The notes under the pieces are model-generated. The model ran no database searches and had not been told where the DNA came from. It saw nothing but the letters and a program-made list of their open reading frames with translations. A stretch of DNA of 10,016 bases from Octopus sinensis. Taxonomy: Eukaryota. Of the stretch, positions 8,644-10,016 are shown in pieces. The stretch spans positions 1-10,016 of the forward strand of contig NW_021827847.1 in NCBI RefSeq assembly GCF_006345805.1, read 5' to 3'. The stretch's first letter is position 1, and each line of letters opens with the position of its first letter. A program made the position numbers and the translations under genes.

Positions 8644-8825
8644 ATATATATATCGCTCAGTCGAAGTCGACTCTCGGTCACTCGTTGGATCAGTGTCTGT
8701 CCTCCAGTCAGTTCTATCCTAGGCCGCTTCTTTCAGACTGGCCATGCCCATTCCGGTATCACTCTTGATGGTGTCAGCCAGCGGGTTCTTGGTCGGCCTC
8801 TTCCTCCCTTGCCACTGACCATTCC

Positions 8826-8880
<55 letters not shown>

Positions 8881-9050
8881 TATATCCGCTCAGTCGAAGT
8901 TAACTCTCGGTCACTCGTTGATCAGTGTCTTCCAGTCAGCTCTATCCTGGGCCGCTTCTTTCAGATTGGCCATGTCCATCCGGTATTACTCTTGATGGTG
9001 TCAAGCCAGTGGGTTCTTGGTCGCTCTTCCTCTCTTGCCACTGACCATCC

Positions 9051-9085
<35 letters not shown>

Positions 9086-9249
9086 CTCAAGTCGAAGTCG
9101 ACTCTCGGTCACTCGTTGGATCATTGTCCTCCAGTCAGTTCTATCCTGGGCCGCTTCTTTCAGATTGGCTATGTCCATTCCGGTATCACTCTTGATGGTG
9201 TCAAGCCAGTGGGTTCTTGGTCGGACTCTTCCTCTTGCCATGCCATTCC

Positions 9250-9304
<55 letters not shown>

Positions 9305-9320
9305 TATATCATATGTATAA

Positions 9321-9685
9321 CTGCTCAGTCGAAGTCGACTGTCGGTCACTCGTTGGATCATTGTCCTCCAGTCAGTTCTATCCTGGGCCGCTTTTTCAGG
9401 GTTGCCATGTCCATTCCGGTATCACTCTTGGTGGGTCAAGCCAGCGGGTTCTTGGTCGGCCAATTCTCTCTTGCCAGGATCATCTGAGCATGATGTCCTT
9501 CTCCAGGGTTTTCTCCGACTAATATGACCGAAACATGCCAATCTATGCTTGGTGATCCTAGCTTCTAACGACATTTTCGGGCCTGAATCGCTTAAGAACT
9601 TCTCCATTGGCGAGCCTCGCTGTCTTCTCCAGTACCAAAGCTCGAATGCATTAATTCTCTTCTGGTCAGCTTTCTTTAGTGTCCA
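9321..9685 (-). pseudogene. Longer RTE ORF remnant (post-RT C-terminal region), frameshifted
   Basis: WTLKKADQKRINAFELWYWRR...SLEARITKHRLACFGHISR corresponds to RTE/BovB WT.KK...RI.AFELWCWRR...YFGH. Confidence 0.85.
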
Positions 9686-9941
9686 TATATATATACACAT
9701 ATATATACACACACATATATATACACACATATATACACACATATATATATCTATCTATCTATCTATCTATCCGCTCAGTCGAAGTCGACTCTCGGTCACT
9801 TGTTGGATCAGTGTCCTCCAGTCAGTTCTATCCTGGGCCGCTTCTTTCAGACTGGCTATGTCCATTCCGGTATCACTCTTGATGGTGTCAAGCCAGTGGG
9901 TTCTTGGTCGGCCTCTTCCTCTCTTGCCACTCACCATTCCG

Positions 9942-9974
<33 letters not shown>

Positions 9975-10016
9975 CTGCTCAGTCGAAGTCGACTCTCGGT
10001 CACTCGTTGGATCATT

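Larger units (their letters stand above)
8073..10016 (-). mobile_element. Array of RTE/BovB-like LINE 3'-end fragments separated by (TA)n
   Basis: Minus-strand units at ~8075-8245, 8654-8826, 8886-9051, 9083-9250, 9321-9685, 9771-9941 and 9975-end, plus an inverted piece at 8388-8442. They translate to GMVSGKRGRGRPRTHWLDTIKSDTGMDIASLKEAAQDRTDWRTLIQQVTESRLRLSG, matching the RTE ORF C-terminus. Confidence 0.88.

Noticed and set aside
8073-10016. CRISPR-like repeat/spacer appearance
   Set aside because: Units are ~170 bp LINE-derived sequence, spacers are (TA)n, the context is eukaryotic and no cas genes are present.

Overview
Eukaryotic, AT-rich, repeat-saturated DNA with no credible host protein-coding gene. 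The SINE sequences and dense (TA)n tracts look like an octopus (cephalopod) genome; this is my recollection-based inference. From start to end the window holds: a 1.25 kb degenerate (GGT/GAT/GGC)n repeat; two related non-autonomous Helitron-like elements; several tRNA-derived SINEs; a Tc1/mariner transposase remnant; a foldback/partial-tandem repeat interrupted by an L1/Tx1-like 3' fragment with an 11 bp target-site duplication (TSD); and an array of about 8 RTE/BovB-like LINE 3' ends spaced by (TA)n. The most interesting signal is seven type I hammerhead ribozyme (HHR)-like motifs (CUGANGA...GAAA...UH closed by stem I) from about five unrelated short repeat families. Most sit next to (TA)n, two pairs are inverted, and several have palindromic stem III. 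This is the signature of Penelope-like element (PLE) pseudo-LTRs or retrozyme-like elements. All folds were paired by eye and none is shown to be active.
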